Source of the DNA: Bacteroidota bacterium
GTDB lineage: Bacteria; Bacteroidota; Bacteroidia; Chitinophagales; LD1
Reading direction: 5' to 3'
DNA length: 64,000 nt
Assembly (NCBI GenBank): GCA_026391075.1
Contig: JAPLES010000002.1
Span: forward strand, 156,673 to 220,672
Below are positions 54,456-64,000 of this stretch, piece after piece. The position numbers and the translations under genes are program-made. Below the pieces are notes generated by a model that saw only the letters and a program-made list of their open reading frames with translations, was not told the DNA's origin and did not search any database. The stretch's first letter is position 1. Every line of letters begins with the position of its first letter.

Positions 54456-55061
54456 CTACCTAAACAATTGCATCTGCATTTCTTTCAGCACAAAACTTTT
54501 TCGGTGAAGTGGTGTGTGACCCAATTCAATAATTGCCTTGCGGTGTTTTTCAACACCGTAACCTTTATTGTGGAGCCAATCGTATTGCGGATATTTTTCG
54601 TGTGCGCGCTCCATCCATTCATCGCGGTAAGTTTTTGCCAGCACCGAAGCCGCAGCAATGCTCAAATATTTTCCATCGCCTTTTACAATGGTTTGATGCG
54701 GAATTTTTTTGTAAGGTTTGAATTTGTTTCCATCTATAATGATAAATTGAAATGGCTTGCGCTGTTTGTTTAGCGCTTCGTGCATAGCAAGAATAGACGC
54801 GTTGAGAATATTGATTTCGTCAATCTTTATATTGTCAATACTTGCTACCGCAAAATCAACAGCTTCTTTTTCAATAATGATTCGAAGCGCTTCGCGCTGT
54901 TTGCGCGAAAGTTTTTTTGAATCATTCAACTCTTCGTTCTTAAAATTCTTGGGAAGAATAACAGCAGCTGCAAACACGGGACCCGCCAAACAACCTCTGC
55001 CGGCTTCATCGCAACCGGCTTCAATAAGTTTTTTTTGGTAAAAAGGCAACAGCATCACCAC
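54456..55061 (-). CDS. rnhB: Ribonuclease HII
   Basis: Contains AGCDEAGRGCLAGPV, DSKKL, ASILAK and GYG..H. Confidence 0.9.
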   Translation of the reverse strand: MVMLLPFYQKKLIEAGCDEAGRGCLAGPVFAAAVILPKNFKNEELNDSKKLSRKQREALRIIIEKEAVDFAVASIDNIKIDEINILNASILAMHEALNKQRKPFQFIIIDGNKFKPYKKIPHQTIVKGDGKYLSIAAASVLAKTYRDEWMERAHEKYPQYDWLHNKGYGVEKHRKAIIELGHTPLHRKSFVLKEMQMQLFR

Positions 55062-55063
55062 AA

Positions 55064-55098
55064 AATAAAAAATCTGCCTTTTACAAAGCAGATTTTAC
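55064..55098 (-). terminator. Rho-independent terminator after the MORN-repeat gene
   Basis: aaaatctgc (55071-55079) pairs with gcagatttt (55090-55098). The minus-strand transcript then continues into a T-run (ttttttatttt). Confidence 0.6.
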
Positions 55099-55123
55099 TC
55101 TCCGATAAATAAACAACAAGCCT

Positions 55124-55945
55124 TTATTCAGATTTTTTTTGTCCGTTCGCAAAGACCAACATTTTTTCTTCTCCGCTTTTGCTCACAAAAGTTCCTTGTC
55201 CATCGCGGTTATTATTTGTCCAGGTCCCGGTATATTTTTCACCATCGCTCCAGGTAAAACTTCCGAAGCCGTTTAAGTTTCCGTTGGCGAAATCACCTTC
55301 ATAACGATCGCCATTTGCCCAGGTAAAAATTCCTTTGCCTGTTCGGTTGTTGTCTTTAAACTCGCCCATGTATTCATCGCCATTTGCAAAAACCATTTTG
55401 CCGAATCCTTCTTTTTTGTCAGCCATATAATAGCCGTCATACAAATTGCCGCTCTTATAATAATATTTTCCTTTGCCCGCTTTTTGTCCATCTATAAAAG
55501 AACCTTCGTAGCGTTCGCCACTTGCATAATATAACACACCCTTTCCGTTTATTACTCCATTCACCATGTCACCTGTGTACTTGTTTCCATTGGCATACAT
55601 ATAAGTTCCATAGCCACTCATTTCATCATTAGCAAACTGACCAATAAATTTATCGCCATTCGGAAATTCGTAGTTGCCGCGACCCTGACGTTTGTCGTCT
55701 TTCCAATCGCCATAGTAAGAAGAACCATCTTTGAAAATAGCACGACCAACACCGTTGCGCATATCGTTTGCCCAAGTGCCATCATATAATGAGCCATCGA
55801 AATAAACAGCACGACCGTGACCTTGGCGTTTGCCCTCCCTAAGCTCACCTTCATATTTGCCGTTTACAAATGTTACAGTTTCCTGAGCACTTGCAAAGCT
55901 AGAGGTGATAGAGAAAAAAATAAAAATGTAGAAAGCCGTTTTCAT
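55124..55945 (-). CDS. MORN-repeat secreted protein
   Basis: ATG 55945 gives a signal peptide. More than 10 tandem MORN units of the form YxGxxxxGxxxGxG occur (e.g. YEGELREGKRQGHG, YYGDWKDDKRQGRG). Confidence 0.8.
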   Translation of the reverse strand: MKTAFYIFIFFSITSSFASAQETVTFVNGKYEGELREGKRQGHGRAVYFDGSLYDGTWANDMRNGVGRAIFKDGSSYYGDWKDDKRQGRGNYEFPNGDKFIGQFANDEMSGYGTYMYANGNKYTGDMVNGVINGKGVLYYASGERYEGSFIDGQKAGKGKYYYKSGNLYDGYYMADKKEGFGKMVFANGDEYMGEFKDNNRTGKGIFTWANGDRYEGDFANGNLNGFGSFTWSDGEKYTGTWTNNNRDGQGTFVSKSGEEKMLVFANGQKKSE

Positions 55946-56064
55946 AATCCAACACGTTTGTAAAAAACATATACGCATGCGTATGCTAAAAGTTACAACT
56001 TGTATGGTGGTATTGAAAACCAAGTTCCATCTTGTATGAATAAAGAGGAACTTAGCCAAGTCAA

Positions 56065-57564
56065 ATGAACCCGCTCAAAAAACTCGCATCACAAACAGCC
56101 ATCTATGGACTTAGCAGCATAGTAGGCCGGTTTCTTAATTACTTGATGGTGCCGCTTTATACCTATTCGTTTTCAAAAGCGGAATTTGGGGTGGTAAGTG
56201 AGTTCTATGCGTATACGGGATTCCTGGGTACTTTGTTAGTGTTTGGTTTCGAAACCGGATTTTTTCGATTTACGCAAGATGCAGAAAACAAAGCGAAGGT
56301 TTATTCTACCGCACTCAACTTTGTTTTAATAGCAAATCTTCTTTTCATTTTATTGATTGCTGTTTTTGTTTCTCCTGTTTCAGAGGCACTTCGTTATCCA
56401 ACCCACCACGAATATTTTTATTGGTTCGCGCTGATTCTTGTTTTCGATTCTGTAGCTACTATTCCATTTGCTCGCTTACGCTCCGAAAACAAAGCATGGC
56501 ATTTTGCAGGCATTAAATTTTTAGAAATCGGAATCACCATTTTGCTCAACCTGTTTTTTATTGTGGTTTGCAAACGCGCATTTGAAACAGATGTCAATTC
56601 ATTCTTCGGCAAAATGTATAATCCGGAAATTGGCGTTGGTTATATTTTCATAGCGAATTTGATAGCGAGTTCATGCAAGTTGTTTTTGCTTTCGCCATTA
56701 CTGCGCGGAATTTTTGGAGGAATAGATGCAGTGCTTTTAAAGAAGATGATTCGTTACTCACTGCCTATGGTCATTATTGGTTTTGCAGGAATCATCAACG
56801 AAATGCTCGACCGCGCTATCCTGAAATTTCTTTTGCCCTTTGATGAAAAGACGAATATGGAGCAGCTCGGCATTTATGGTGCTTGCTACAAACTCTCCAT
56901 TTTAATGACGCTATTCATTCAGGCATTTCGCTACGCAGCAGAGCCGTTTTTCTTTTCACACGCCAAAGAAAAAAATTCGACTAAAGTGTATGCCGATGTA
57001 ATGAAGTATTTCGTGATTGTTTGTGTCACCATCTTTTTACTTGTTACACTTTACATGGATTTGTTCAAATATTTTATCGGCAAAGATTTTCGCGAAGGAC
57101 TTTCGATTGTCCCCGTTTTGCTATTGGCAAATTTGTTTTTGGGCGTGTATGTCAACCTTTCCATTTGGTATAAGCTCACCGATAAAACTTTGCTCGGCTC
57201 GTTTGTTTCATTAGGCGGTGCGCTACTTACCGTTGTATTGAACATTGCTTTTATTCCTGCATATGGATATGTGGCGAGTGCATGGGCAACGTTGGCCTGT
57301 TACGCGAGCATGGCAATAGTTTCTTATTTGCTTGGGCAAAAATTTTATCCGGTAGAATACGATGTGAAAAGTTTCATTAAATATTTTTTCCTCGCGCTGC
57401 TTTTCTATTTCTCTTTTACTATGGCGAGTGCACATTTGCCTTTCGCAAAACAACTTCCGCCATTTGTTTTAAGCACGGTTTACATGCTTGCATTTTTAAT
57501 CTTGGTTTGGTTTGAAGATGGTCGCAAACTCTTCAAAGGCTCTTCCTCAACCCCCACCTTATAA
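56065..57564 (+). CDS. MOP-superfamily polysaccharide/oligosaccharide flippase (Wzx-like)
   Basis: 499 aa with about 12-14 TM helices. The N-terminus KKLASQTAIYGLSSIVGRFLNYLMVPLYT is typical of the family. Confidence 0.8.
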   Translation: MNPLKKLASQTAIYGLSSIVGRFLNYLMVPLYTYSFSKAEFGVVSEFYAYTGFLGTLLVFGFETGFFRFTQDAENKAKVYSTALNFVLIANLLFILLIAVFVSPVSEALRYPTHHEYFYWFALILVFDSVATIPFARLRSENKAWHFAGIKFLEIGITILLNLFFIVVCKRAFETDVNSFFGKMYNPEIGVGYIFIANLIASSCKLFLLSPLLRGIFGGIDAVLLKKMIRYSLPMVIIGFAGIINEMLDRAILKFLLPFDEKTNMEQLGIYGACYKLSILMTLFIQAFRYAAEPFFFSHAKEKNSTKVYADVMKYFVIVCVTIFLLVTLYMDLFKYFIGKDFREGLSIVPVLLLANLFLGVYVNLSIWYKLTDKTLLGSFVSLGGALLTVVLNIAFIPAYGYVASAWATLACYASMAIVSYLLGQKFYPVEYDVKSFIKYFFLALLFYFSFTMASAHLPFAKQLPPFVLSTVYMLAFLILVWFEDGRKLFKGSSSTPTL

Positions 57565-57585
57565 ATTTTATTTTTGGCGTCCTTT

Positions 57586-58017
57586 ATGCAAATCAGAATC
57601 ATCAATAAAAGCAACAACCCTTTGCCTGCTTACGAAACAAGCGGTTCAGCAGGTATGGATTTGCGCGCGTTTGTGAGTGAAGAAATTGAGTTGAAGCCTT
57701 TGGAAAGAAAGCTGATTCCAACAGGATTGTTTTTAGAAATTCCCGAAGGATACGAAGCACAGCTTCGTCCGCGAAGCGGTTTGGCATTTAAGCACGGTAT
57801 CAGTTTGCCAAACACACCCGCTACGATTGACAGCGATTATCGCGGAGAAATAAAAATTGCACTCATCAATTTAAGTAATGAAGTTTTTATAGTGAAGAAT
57901 GGTGAACGTATTGCGCAAATGATAATTGCAAAGCATGAGCAAGCGGAATTGATTCAGGTAGAAGAATTAAATGAAACAAAAAGGGGAGAAGGAGGATTTG
58001 GTTCAACAGGAAAATAA
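57586..58017 (+). CDS. dut: dUTP diphosphatase
   Basis: Contains [29 protein letters not shown] and GFGSTG. ATG 57586 is preferred over TTG 57574. Confidence 0.9.
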   Translation: MQIRIINKSNNPLPAYETSGSAGMDLRAFVSEEIELKPLERKLIPTGLFLEIPEGYEAQLRPRSGLAFKHGISLPNTPATIDSDYRGEIKIALINLSNEVFIVKNGERIAQMIIAKHEQAELIQVEELNETKRGEGGFGSTGK

Positions 58018-58022
58018 AAGAC

Positions 58023-59030
58023 ATGAGAATAATTATCCCGATGGCTGGATGGGGCAGCCGATTAAGACCGCACACACTTACAGTTCCAAAACCAATGTTG
58101 CCTATTGCAGGCAAGCCGATTGTTGAACGCTTAGTTCATGATTTGATGAAAAGCACGGAACAAAAAGTGGATGATGTTGTGTTTGTAATTCGCCAAGATT
58201 TTGGAAGAGCGATTGAAGAAAAACTTTTGAGCATCGCTAAAGATGCTGGAAGCCGCGGGCATATCCGCTATCAGGCAGAACCACTTGGAACGGCTCATGC
58301 AATTTTGTGTGCGGGAGATTTTTTAGAAGGCAATGTGATTGTTGCTTTTGCCGATACATTGTTTCGTGCCGATTATAAAATTGACACTGCAAAAGACGGC
58401 ATCATTTGGGTGCAGAAAGTTGACGACCCTTCTGCTTTTGGAGTGGTGAAGATGAATGCCGATGGAGTGATTACTGATTTTGTAGAGAAGCCGAAAGATT
58501 TTATTTCAGACCTTGCCATCATTGGCATTTATTATTTCAAAGACGGAAAATATCTGCGCGATGAAATGCAATACTTGCTCGACAACGACATCAAGCAAAA
58601 AGGTGAATACTGGTTGACCGATGCTATGGAGAATATGAAGAAGAAGGGCTCGAAGTTTTACAAAGGCGAAGTGCAGGAATGGCTCGACTGCGGAAATAAA
58701 GATGCTACGGTTTATACTAATTCGCGCGTGTTGGAGTTTATAAAGAATGAAAACTTAGTGAGCGAAAAAGCAGTGATTGAAAATTCTTTAGTGATTGCAC
58801 CTTGTTATATTGAAGAAGGAGTGGTGCTTAAAAATTCGGTGGTTGGTCCACATGTTTCCATTGGTGCGGGAACTATCATTGAAAATTCGGTGGTGAAGAA
58901 CAGTATTGTGCAGAGCAAAACAATTCTGAAAAATAAGTTAATCGCCAATTCAATGATTGGGAATAATGTTAAACTTGAAGGCAGAATGGAAGACTTAAGT
59001 GTAGGTGATTACAATTCAATAAAGGAATAA
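58023..59030 (+). CDS. Sugar-phosphate nucleotidyltransferase with C-terminal hexapeptide-repeat domain
   Basis: The N-terminus IIIPMAGWGSRLRPHTLTVPKPMLPIAGKP is the G-x-G-x-R-L NTP-transferase signature. An LbH-like tail is present. Confidence 0.8.
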   Translation: MRIIIPMAGWGSRLRPHTLTVPKPMLPIAGKPIVERLVHDLMKSTEQKVDDVVFVIRQDFGRAIEEKLLSIAKDAGSRGHIRYQAEPLGTAHAILCAGDFLEGNVIVAFADTLFRADYKIDTAKDGIIWVQKVDDPSAFGVVKMNADGVITDFVEKPKDFISDLAIIGIYYFKDGKYLRDEMQYLLDNDIKQKGEYWLTDAMENMKKKGSKFYKGEVQEWLDCGNKDATVYTNSRVLEFIKNENLVSEKAVIENSLVIAPCYIEEGVVLKNSVVGPHVSIGAGTIIENSVVKNSIVQSKTILKNKLIANSMIGNNVKLEGRMEDLSVGDYNSIKE

Positions 59031-59072
59031 CAACGAAATATTACTCGTGTTGTTCTATTCTCAAATCAGCAA

Positions 59073-60824
59073 ATGAAATTTTTCTCAACCATATTATTGT
59101 TTCTCTCTTTTGTGCTAATTAGCCACGCGGCAGGTTTTGATAAAGAAAAAAAGAAGAAGAAAAAAGGCGATGATAAAACTCAAACTTCATCGCTCGATAA
59201 AAGCACGAAGCAAAAGCTAGAACGGCTTTTACTCGATGCCGAAAAAGCAAAAGTGGTGGAAGACAATGAGGTAGCGATAAAAAATTATCAGGATGTTATA
59301 ACGCTTGACCCAACCAACTCGAACGCACACTTCCAGTTGTCGCAAATTTATTTTACACAAGGTAAATTGAACGAAGCAGAAACAGAAGCTGCTGCGGCTG
59401 TGAAATTAGATGCAGGCAATAAATGGTTTATGGAAATGCTGACCAACGTTTACATGAACGAAGGCAAAACGAAAGATGCGGCAGATGCGTTCAAATCGTT
59501 GATTGAAAAATTTCCAAACAATCCCGACTACTTTCTGAACCTCGGGTTTCTGCAATCAAAAGCTGGTCAATTTGAAAATGCCATAAAGACTTACGACCAA
59601 TACGAAAAGAATTTCGGTATAGATGAAAACGTAGTGATGGAGAAAAAAAATCTTTATCTGCATCTCAACAAATTTAATGATGCTGTAAACGAAGTGCAGA
59701 AACTGATTGATGCAAATCCGGGCGAGATAGATTACTTGCTCATGCTGGCAGATATGTATCGCGCCAATCGCATGAAAGAAAAAGCAATGGAGGTTTACAA
59801 AAAAATTCTTGCCATTGAACCCGATAATGCCAGTGCGCTTTTGGCTGCTGCCGATTTTGGAATGCAAAGCGGAAACGAGCAACAAAGTTTAGAGAGCATC
59901 AAAAAGATTTTTGCCAATCCTAAGGTGGATGTAGATACCAAAATCAAAATCCTTTATCCGTTTTTGCAATACTGGGATTTACAAAAAGACAAACACGGTG
60001 ATGCATTTGAACTGGCAGAAACCTTAACCACTGTTCATCCTGATGATGCAAAAGGATACGCCATTAAAGGAGATTTGTATTATCTCGATAATCAAAACGA
60101 CAAAGCACTCGAAGCATATTTGAAAGCGCTCACCATAAACAAAGATGTTTTTCAGGTTTGGCAGCAGGTGATGGTTCTTTACAATGTAAAACGCGATTGG
60201 GTTAATCTGCAAAAGACGAGCACCGAAGCAATGGAACTTTTTCCTAACCAGGCAATGGTTTATTTGTACAAGGGTACAGCAGAACAGCAGAATAAAGAAT
60301 TAGAAAAAGCTGTGAAGAGTTTTTCGAAGGGAGAAAAAATGAGTGCTGATAATGAAAAATTGCGCGCGCAATTTTTTGCAAACCTTGGCGATGTTTATCA
60401 CAGCATGAACAAATTTGCTGCAAGCGACAGCGCATACGACCGCTCGCTGAAACTCGACCCCGAGAATTCTTACGTGCTGAATAACTATAGTTATTACCTG
60501 AGTTTGCGCAAAACAAATTTGGAAAAAGCAAAGCAGATGAGTGCTTACTCTAACAAATTGGAACCGAACAGCAGTTCGTTTTTAGATACGTATGCGTGGA
60601 TACTTTTTCAGTTGAATGATTTTAGCGGAGCAAAAGAGTGGCAGGAAAAAGCAATGAAAGCAGGTGGCGATAAAAGCGGAACTATCATTGAGCATTACGG
60701 AGATATTCTTTATGAACTCGGCAATAAAGAAGAAGCGGTTAAATACTGGAAACAAGCCAAAGACCTCGGTACCGATTCACCTTCGATAGAAAAGAAAATT
60801 TCGGAAGGGAGGTATATTGAGTGA
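59073..60824 (+). CDS. TPR-repeat protein (secreted)
   Basis: 583 aa with a signal peptide and many TPR units along its length. Confidence 0.72.
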   Translation: MKFFSTILLFLSFVLISHAAGFDKEKKKKKKGDDKTQTSSLDKSTKQKLERLLLDAEKAKVVEDNEVAIKNYQDVITLDPTNSNAHFQLSQIYFTQGKLNEAETEAAAAVKLDAGNKWFMEMLTNVYMNEGKTKDAADAFKSLIEKFPNNPDYFLNLGFLQSKAGQFENAIKTYDQYEKNFGIDENVVMEKKNLYLHLNKFNDAVNEVQKLIDANPGEIDYLLMLADMYRANRMKEKAMEVYKKILAIEPDNASALLAAADFGMQSGNEQQSLESIKKIFANPKVDVDTKIKILYPFLQYWDLQKDKHGDAFELAETLTTVHPDDAKGYAIKGDLYYLDNQNDKALEAYLKALTINKDVFQVWQQVMVLYNVKRDWVNLQKTSTEAMELFPNQAMVYLYKGTAEQQNKELEKAVKSFSKGEKMSADNEKLRAQFFANLGDVYHSMNKFAASDSAYDRSLKLDPENSYVLNNYSYYLSLRKTNLEKAKQMSAYSNKLEPNSSSFLDTYAWILFQLNDFSGAKEWQEKAMKAGGDKSGTIIEHYGDILYELGNKEEAVKYWKQAKDLGTDSPSIEKKISEGRYIE

Positions 60825-60838
60825 TGAAAAACTTAATT

Positions 60839-61102
60839 CTACAAGGACTCTTCTTCCGTTCTTATGTGATTTGCGAAGAATAGAATTTTGTGTTCTAATT
60901 CTTTCTTGCGAATAAGCAGGTAGCCGATATTTTCCAAACGAGAATTCTTTATTTTTTGACGAATTTCCAATAAATCAGTTTCTGATTGGAAAATCAAATT
61001 TTGCAAACCCTTGATTGTTGCTGGCATGTCTTTCATAAAAAAATTTTTAGCGGACAATATATTTTCAGTTTCAAAGGTATAATTTTGAAATATTAGAAGC
61101 AA
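60839..61102 (-). CDS. Hypothetical small protein (weak call)
   Basis: An ORF only. No motifs, AT-rich, and in an otherwise empty 390-bp gap. Confidence 0.25.
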   Translation of the reverse strand: MLLIFQNYTFETENILSAKNFFMKDMPATIKGLQNLIFQSETDLLEIRQKIKNSRLENIGYLLIRKKELEHKILFFANHIRTEEESL

Positions 61103-61211
61103 TGCTTTCTAAAAAAAATAGGCGTTCTGTTTTTCGTTCTTAATAATGGTAGAACTAGCAGTTGGTGGTGAGAGCTAATGATTTTTACTTTTTTCCGAAG
61201 AGATTGCTCCT

Positions 61212-61670
61212 TCAATTTTTGCAACCTTCGTCTTGAGGACCCCAACCAAATAGTTTACACCAGCCCTTGTAACGCCAGCAATAAATAATGTTACCGCTAT
61301 TTACAAACATCATTTTCCTACAATAGTAATTATTTGTGTAATTATTTACGGTTGAACTCCACCTGCTTTCATAAACAAGAATTTCATCCCCATTTGCATC
61401 GGTGCTAACCATATCAGGTATCCCCCACGCTTGAATTAAACTGGCTTTTGTCTGTCCTCTCCATGAATCTAGTATTTCAGATAGTGAAAGTTTTTTCTTT
61501 TTTTTAGGTTTTTCTTTCACTTGGCTTTTCTTATTAAGGTAATCTGCAAGGCCATCGAATGTTCGCAAACCGCTTTGTTCATTTTTATTACCACAACAAT
61601 CCTTACTTGTTTGGGAGAAACAATTTATGAATGAACTTAACGTAAGAGTTAAAAGAAAAACTGTTTTCAT
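61212..61670 (-). CDS. Hypothetical secreted Cys-containing protein
   Basis: ATG 61670 gives the signal peptide MKTVFLLTLTLSSFINCFSQ. No known motif. Confidence 0.5.
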   Translation of the reverse strand: MKTVFLLTLTLSSFINCFSQTSKDCCGNKNEQSGLRTFDGLADYLNKKSQVKEKPKKKKKLSLSEILDSWRGQTKASLIQAWGIPDMVSTDANGDEILVYESRWSSTVNNYTNNYYCRKMMFVNSGNIIYCWRYKGWCKLFGWGPQDEGCKN

Positions 61671-61695
61671 ACTGGATGAGTTTAACAAACAATAT

Positions 61696-62478
61696 TTAAT
61701 ACCTATAAAAATCAATCTTGTCTTTTTTCAAAACTGCTAATCGTTCTTTTTCAAGCACGGCAAGACTTACGTCAGTAGTATCGGGTAGAGCAAGCGATTT
61801 TAAATCGAGCGTAAGCGAGCTGTATGAATTGAGTTGATGGTTGTCGAAATACACAATCTGGTCTTGCAGAATTTGAAATTTCTTTAGCCCTTTCAACGGA
61901 ATTGTCTTCTCATAACTCCCAAAAATATCAAAGACCAAAATACCAATGGCAGTGTCGTTCATATAAACTTTGCTATCGCGTTCCAGCATAAAATTAGGAT
62001 TGGGTGCTTGCTCTAACAATACGTTCAATGGCTGACTTTCCAAAAAAACTTTTCCCGCTTCATCTATCTTCTTCAATTTAAAATCAGTGTTGTCGTAAAA
62101 CCAAATTCGTCCATCGGTAGAAGACGCCACAGCAGAAATGTTTTGATAGCCGAGTTGAAAAAAATTATAAGTAGTTAATGGTGATAGAAATTTGTCGAGC
62201 GTAACCACCGTCATAAAATCAGGATAGAACACCATCATCTTCATTGGGTTGCTAACATCTATCATTCCTATTTTTCCGTAATTGAATTCTTCGTAGCGGT
62301 ATAAAAATTTTCCTTCGTTAGAAAACTTGAGAACAGAATTATTAGAAGCAGAATAGAAACTGCTGAAATTATCTACTGCTAAAAAATTGGCTTTTGTTTC
62401 GTAAGAATTGAGAAGAGAAAATGCAGAGACCATAGACCATAGACCAAAGACGATAGACAAAGCAAATGCAATCTTCAT
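61696..62478 (-). CDS. Hypothetical secreted protein
   Basis: ATG 62478 gives the signal peptide MKIAFALSIVFGLWSMVSAFS, which is encoded by a heptamer array. The body is beta-rich. The longer ORF to 62544 reads through an octamer repeat. Confidence 0.55.
   Translation of the reverse strand: MKIAFALSIVFGLWSMVSAFSLLNSYETKANFLAVDNFSSFYSASNNSVLKFSNEGKFLYRYEEFNYGKIGMIDVSNPMKMMVFYPDFMTVVTLDKFLSPLTTYNFFQLGYQNISAVASSTDGRIWFYDNTDFKLKKIDEAGKVFLESQPLNVLLEQAPNPNFMLERDSKVYMNDTAIGILVFDIFGSYEKTIPLKGLKKFQILQDQIVYFDNHQLNSYSSLTLDLKSLALPDTTDVSLAVLEKERLAVLKKDKIDFYRY
62428..62462. repeat. Heptamer tandem array (GACCATA type, 5 units)
   Basis: gaccata gaccata gaccaaa gacgata gacaaag. The reverse strand encodes LSIVFGLWSMV of a signal peptide. 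Confidence 0.85.
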
Positions 62479-62480
62479 TG

Positions 62481-62520
62481 TATTTACATAAACACGTAAA
62501 CACCTAAACACGTAAACACA
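62481..62520. repeat. Octamer tandem array (TAAACACN type, 4-5 units) in a 5' leader
   Basis: tatttaca taaacacg taaacacc taaacacg taaacaca. Confidence 0.8.
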
Positions 62521-62553
62521 GCGATGGACTAATTTGAAATTCATGTCTAAAGT

Positions 62554-63333
62554 CTATTGTCTAAAATCTTGTGTCTGTTTAAAATATTTCAATTCCAATT
62601 TCTCTCCGTCAAAAACGGCATAGCTGTAATAATCGAGCCAATCTCCGGTATTGATGTAGCGGCTTTTTTCATTCAACTGTACATCGAGCGGCAGGTGGCG
62701 GTGACCAAAAACAAAAAAATCGAAATGCTCTTTTTTCAAAACATCTTTTGAAAATTGAACCAACCATTCTCTTTCTTCGTTTTGAAATTCTTCCGGTGGT
62801 TTTCTTTGTCCCGCATTTCCGAAACGACTTTCATAAGAAAAGTAATTGGCTATACGCGCACCAATGTCAGGATGAAGCCATCGAAACAAAAACTGACAAA
62901 CAGGATTTGAAAAAACTTTCTTAATGAATTTATATCCATGGTCACCAGGTCCTAGACCGTCTCCGTGACCAATGAAAAACTTCTTTCCGTTAAATGTTCT
63001 TTCGATAGGTTGCGTATAAACTTTTGCTCCCAATTCCTTTTCAAAATATCCGAACATCCATAAATCATGGTTGCCCGTAAAAATGTGAACGGGAATACCG
63101 GCATCGCACAGCTCGGCAATTTTTCCCTGCACGCGAACAAAACCTTTCGGCACTACTGTTTTGTATTCGTGCCAGAAATCGAACATGTCGCCAATGATGA
63201 AAATTTCTTTGGCGTCAGTTTTTATTTCATCGAGCCACAGCACAAAAAGTTTTTCGCGCGCATTGCTCGATGCTTCATTGGGCACGCCCAAATGAAGGTC
63301 AGAAGCGAAATAGATTTTTCCCGAAGATGCCAT
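62554..63333 (-). CDS. lpxH: UDP-2,3-diacylglucosamine diphosphatase
   Basis: Metallophosphoesterase blocks IYFASDLHLG, IIGDMFDFW, GNHDLW and GHGD, plus FGHRH. Length and order fit LpxH. Confidence 0.85.
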   Translation of the reverse strand: MASSGKIYFASDLHLGVPNEASSNAREKLFVLWLDEIKTDAKEIFIIGDMFDFWHEYKTVVPKGFVRVQGKIAELCDAGIPVHIFTGNHDLWMFGYFEKELGAKVYTQPIERTFNGKKFFIGHGDGLGPGDHGYKFIKKVFSNPVCQFLFRWLHPDIGARIANYFSYESRFGNAGQRKPPEEFQNEEREWLVQFSKDVLKKEHFDFFVFGHRHLPLDVQLNEKSRYINTGDWLDYYSYAVFDGEKLELKYFKQTQDFRQ

Positions 63334-63363
63334 CGGGCTAAAAATAGAATTATTGACGGAGAG

Positions 63364-64000
63364 TTACGGACGAAGAGACGGTGGAATAATTTCGTCAACC
63401 AGAAAAACGTAAACGTCTTCGGTTCCTTCGCTGTTTAAAATTAAACGTTGCTTATCGTAGAAGTGTCCGTTGTTGCACGAACCCAGTTTTATAATAGAAG
63501 ACAATTCGCCTTTGTTCAGCTTCGCAAATTTTTCCAAACCTTCTGACTCGCTTCCTGCAAGGTGAGCAAGGTCGGTGATGATGATATGCGTTTTAGGAAA
63601 GCAATGCAATCTTCTTCTCGATGCTTGTTTCGGATTAAGAACAATAGTTCCGTCATCGGCAATCAGTGTTTCGCAAAGCGAAATAGCAGCATCAGAATTT
63701 TCAATCGTAAAACCAATTGCACCCTTTTGAAAATTGTTGTCACAGAAAGCATCCTTCACTTCATTTTCCCAGCAAAAAACGTGGCTCCATTTGTTTTCTG
63801 CTTTCAGCATGCGTAAATTTTCTATCGCCTCTTTTATGTTTTCGCAGAAAATAAATTTTCCACCCGCACCAATAAATTTTGTGGCGAAACGAATATCCAG
63901 GTCTTTCTCTTGAGGTAAATTGTAACTAGGCGCAGTAACTTCAACTGTGCGAAGTGGAATTTCTTTTTCGGTTACGCTTTCATCGCTTACGCGGGAGGTG
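63364..64000 (-). CDS. LUD-domain (LutC/YkgG-like) protein, 5' end outside window
   Basis: The frame stays open upstream of the track's ATG at 63810. My translation is ..DLDIRFATKFIGAGGKFIFCENIKEAIENLRMLKAENKW... The C-terminal part has a GTIVL..HIIIT pattern typical of LUD domains. Confidence 0.65.
   Translation of the reverse strand, partial: TSRVSDESVTEKEIPLRTVEVTAPSYNLPQEKDLDIRFATKFIGAGGKFIFCENIKEAIENLRMLKAENKWSHVFCWENEVKDAFCDNNFQKGAIGFTIENSDAAISLCETLIADDGTIVLNPKQASRRRLHCFPKTHIIITDLAHLAGSESEGLEKFAKLNKGELSSIIKLGSCNNGHFYDKQRLILNSEGTEDVYVFLVDEIIPPSLRP

Noticed and set aside
1-64000. Search by eye for rRNA, tRNA, tmRNA, CRISPR arrays, transposases, integrases and prophage genes
   Set aside because: No intergenic gap has a cloverleaf-like or array-like structure, and no ORF shows DDE/tyrosine/serine recombinase or Cas motifs. 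The only repeats are the short hairpin units and the heptamer or octamer arrays reported above.

Overview
The window is a chromosomal segment from a Bacteroidota genome. Supporting evidence: T9SS type A and type B C-terminal sorting domains, DUF3109, a PadR-PspC pair, lipoprotein-rich secretome genes, and one good Bacteroidetes-type TTG-N19-TAnnTTTG promoter. I call about 59 CDS at high coding density and found no rRNA, tRNA, CRISPR array, transposase or integrase.

Most genes are housekeeping: PBP1A, mfd, ybeY, mnmG, anmK, rbfA, hflX, trmB, rnhB, dut, idi and lpxH, plus a lolE-like permease gene. There is also a TetR-linked paaABCD cluster.

Accessory or unusual content:
(1) A ~37-bp GC-hairpin repeat unit occurs four times. 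Three copies sit in-frame inside one amidohydrolase gene, two of them forming a ~108-bp composite palindrome. The fourth supplies the stop codon of a gamma-carbonic-anhydrase-like gene.
(2) Many short degenerate heptamer or octamer tandem arrays (GACNATA, GTTYAAA, TCAGACT, TATTCAC, CCCTCGTC, TAAACACN) lie inside reading frames: ybeY, paaD and two signal peptides.
(3) A tightly linked pair of polytopic-membrane enzymes, a metallophosphoesterase and a patatin-like phospholipase, is the best candidate here for an uncharacterised two-gene system.
(4) A singleton DUF2075-type nuclease-ATPase.
(5) An MNT/HepT toxin-antitoxin pair.
(6) Two tandem class III nucleotide cyclases followed by an HD-domain protein.
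(7) A ~178-bp nested palindrome downstream of a large T9SS adhesin gene.
(8) A mini-ORF encoding a signal peptide, an 11-proline run and a CTERM-like anchor.

All functional calls come from motifs read in the supplied translations. No database search was run.
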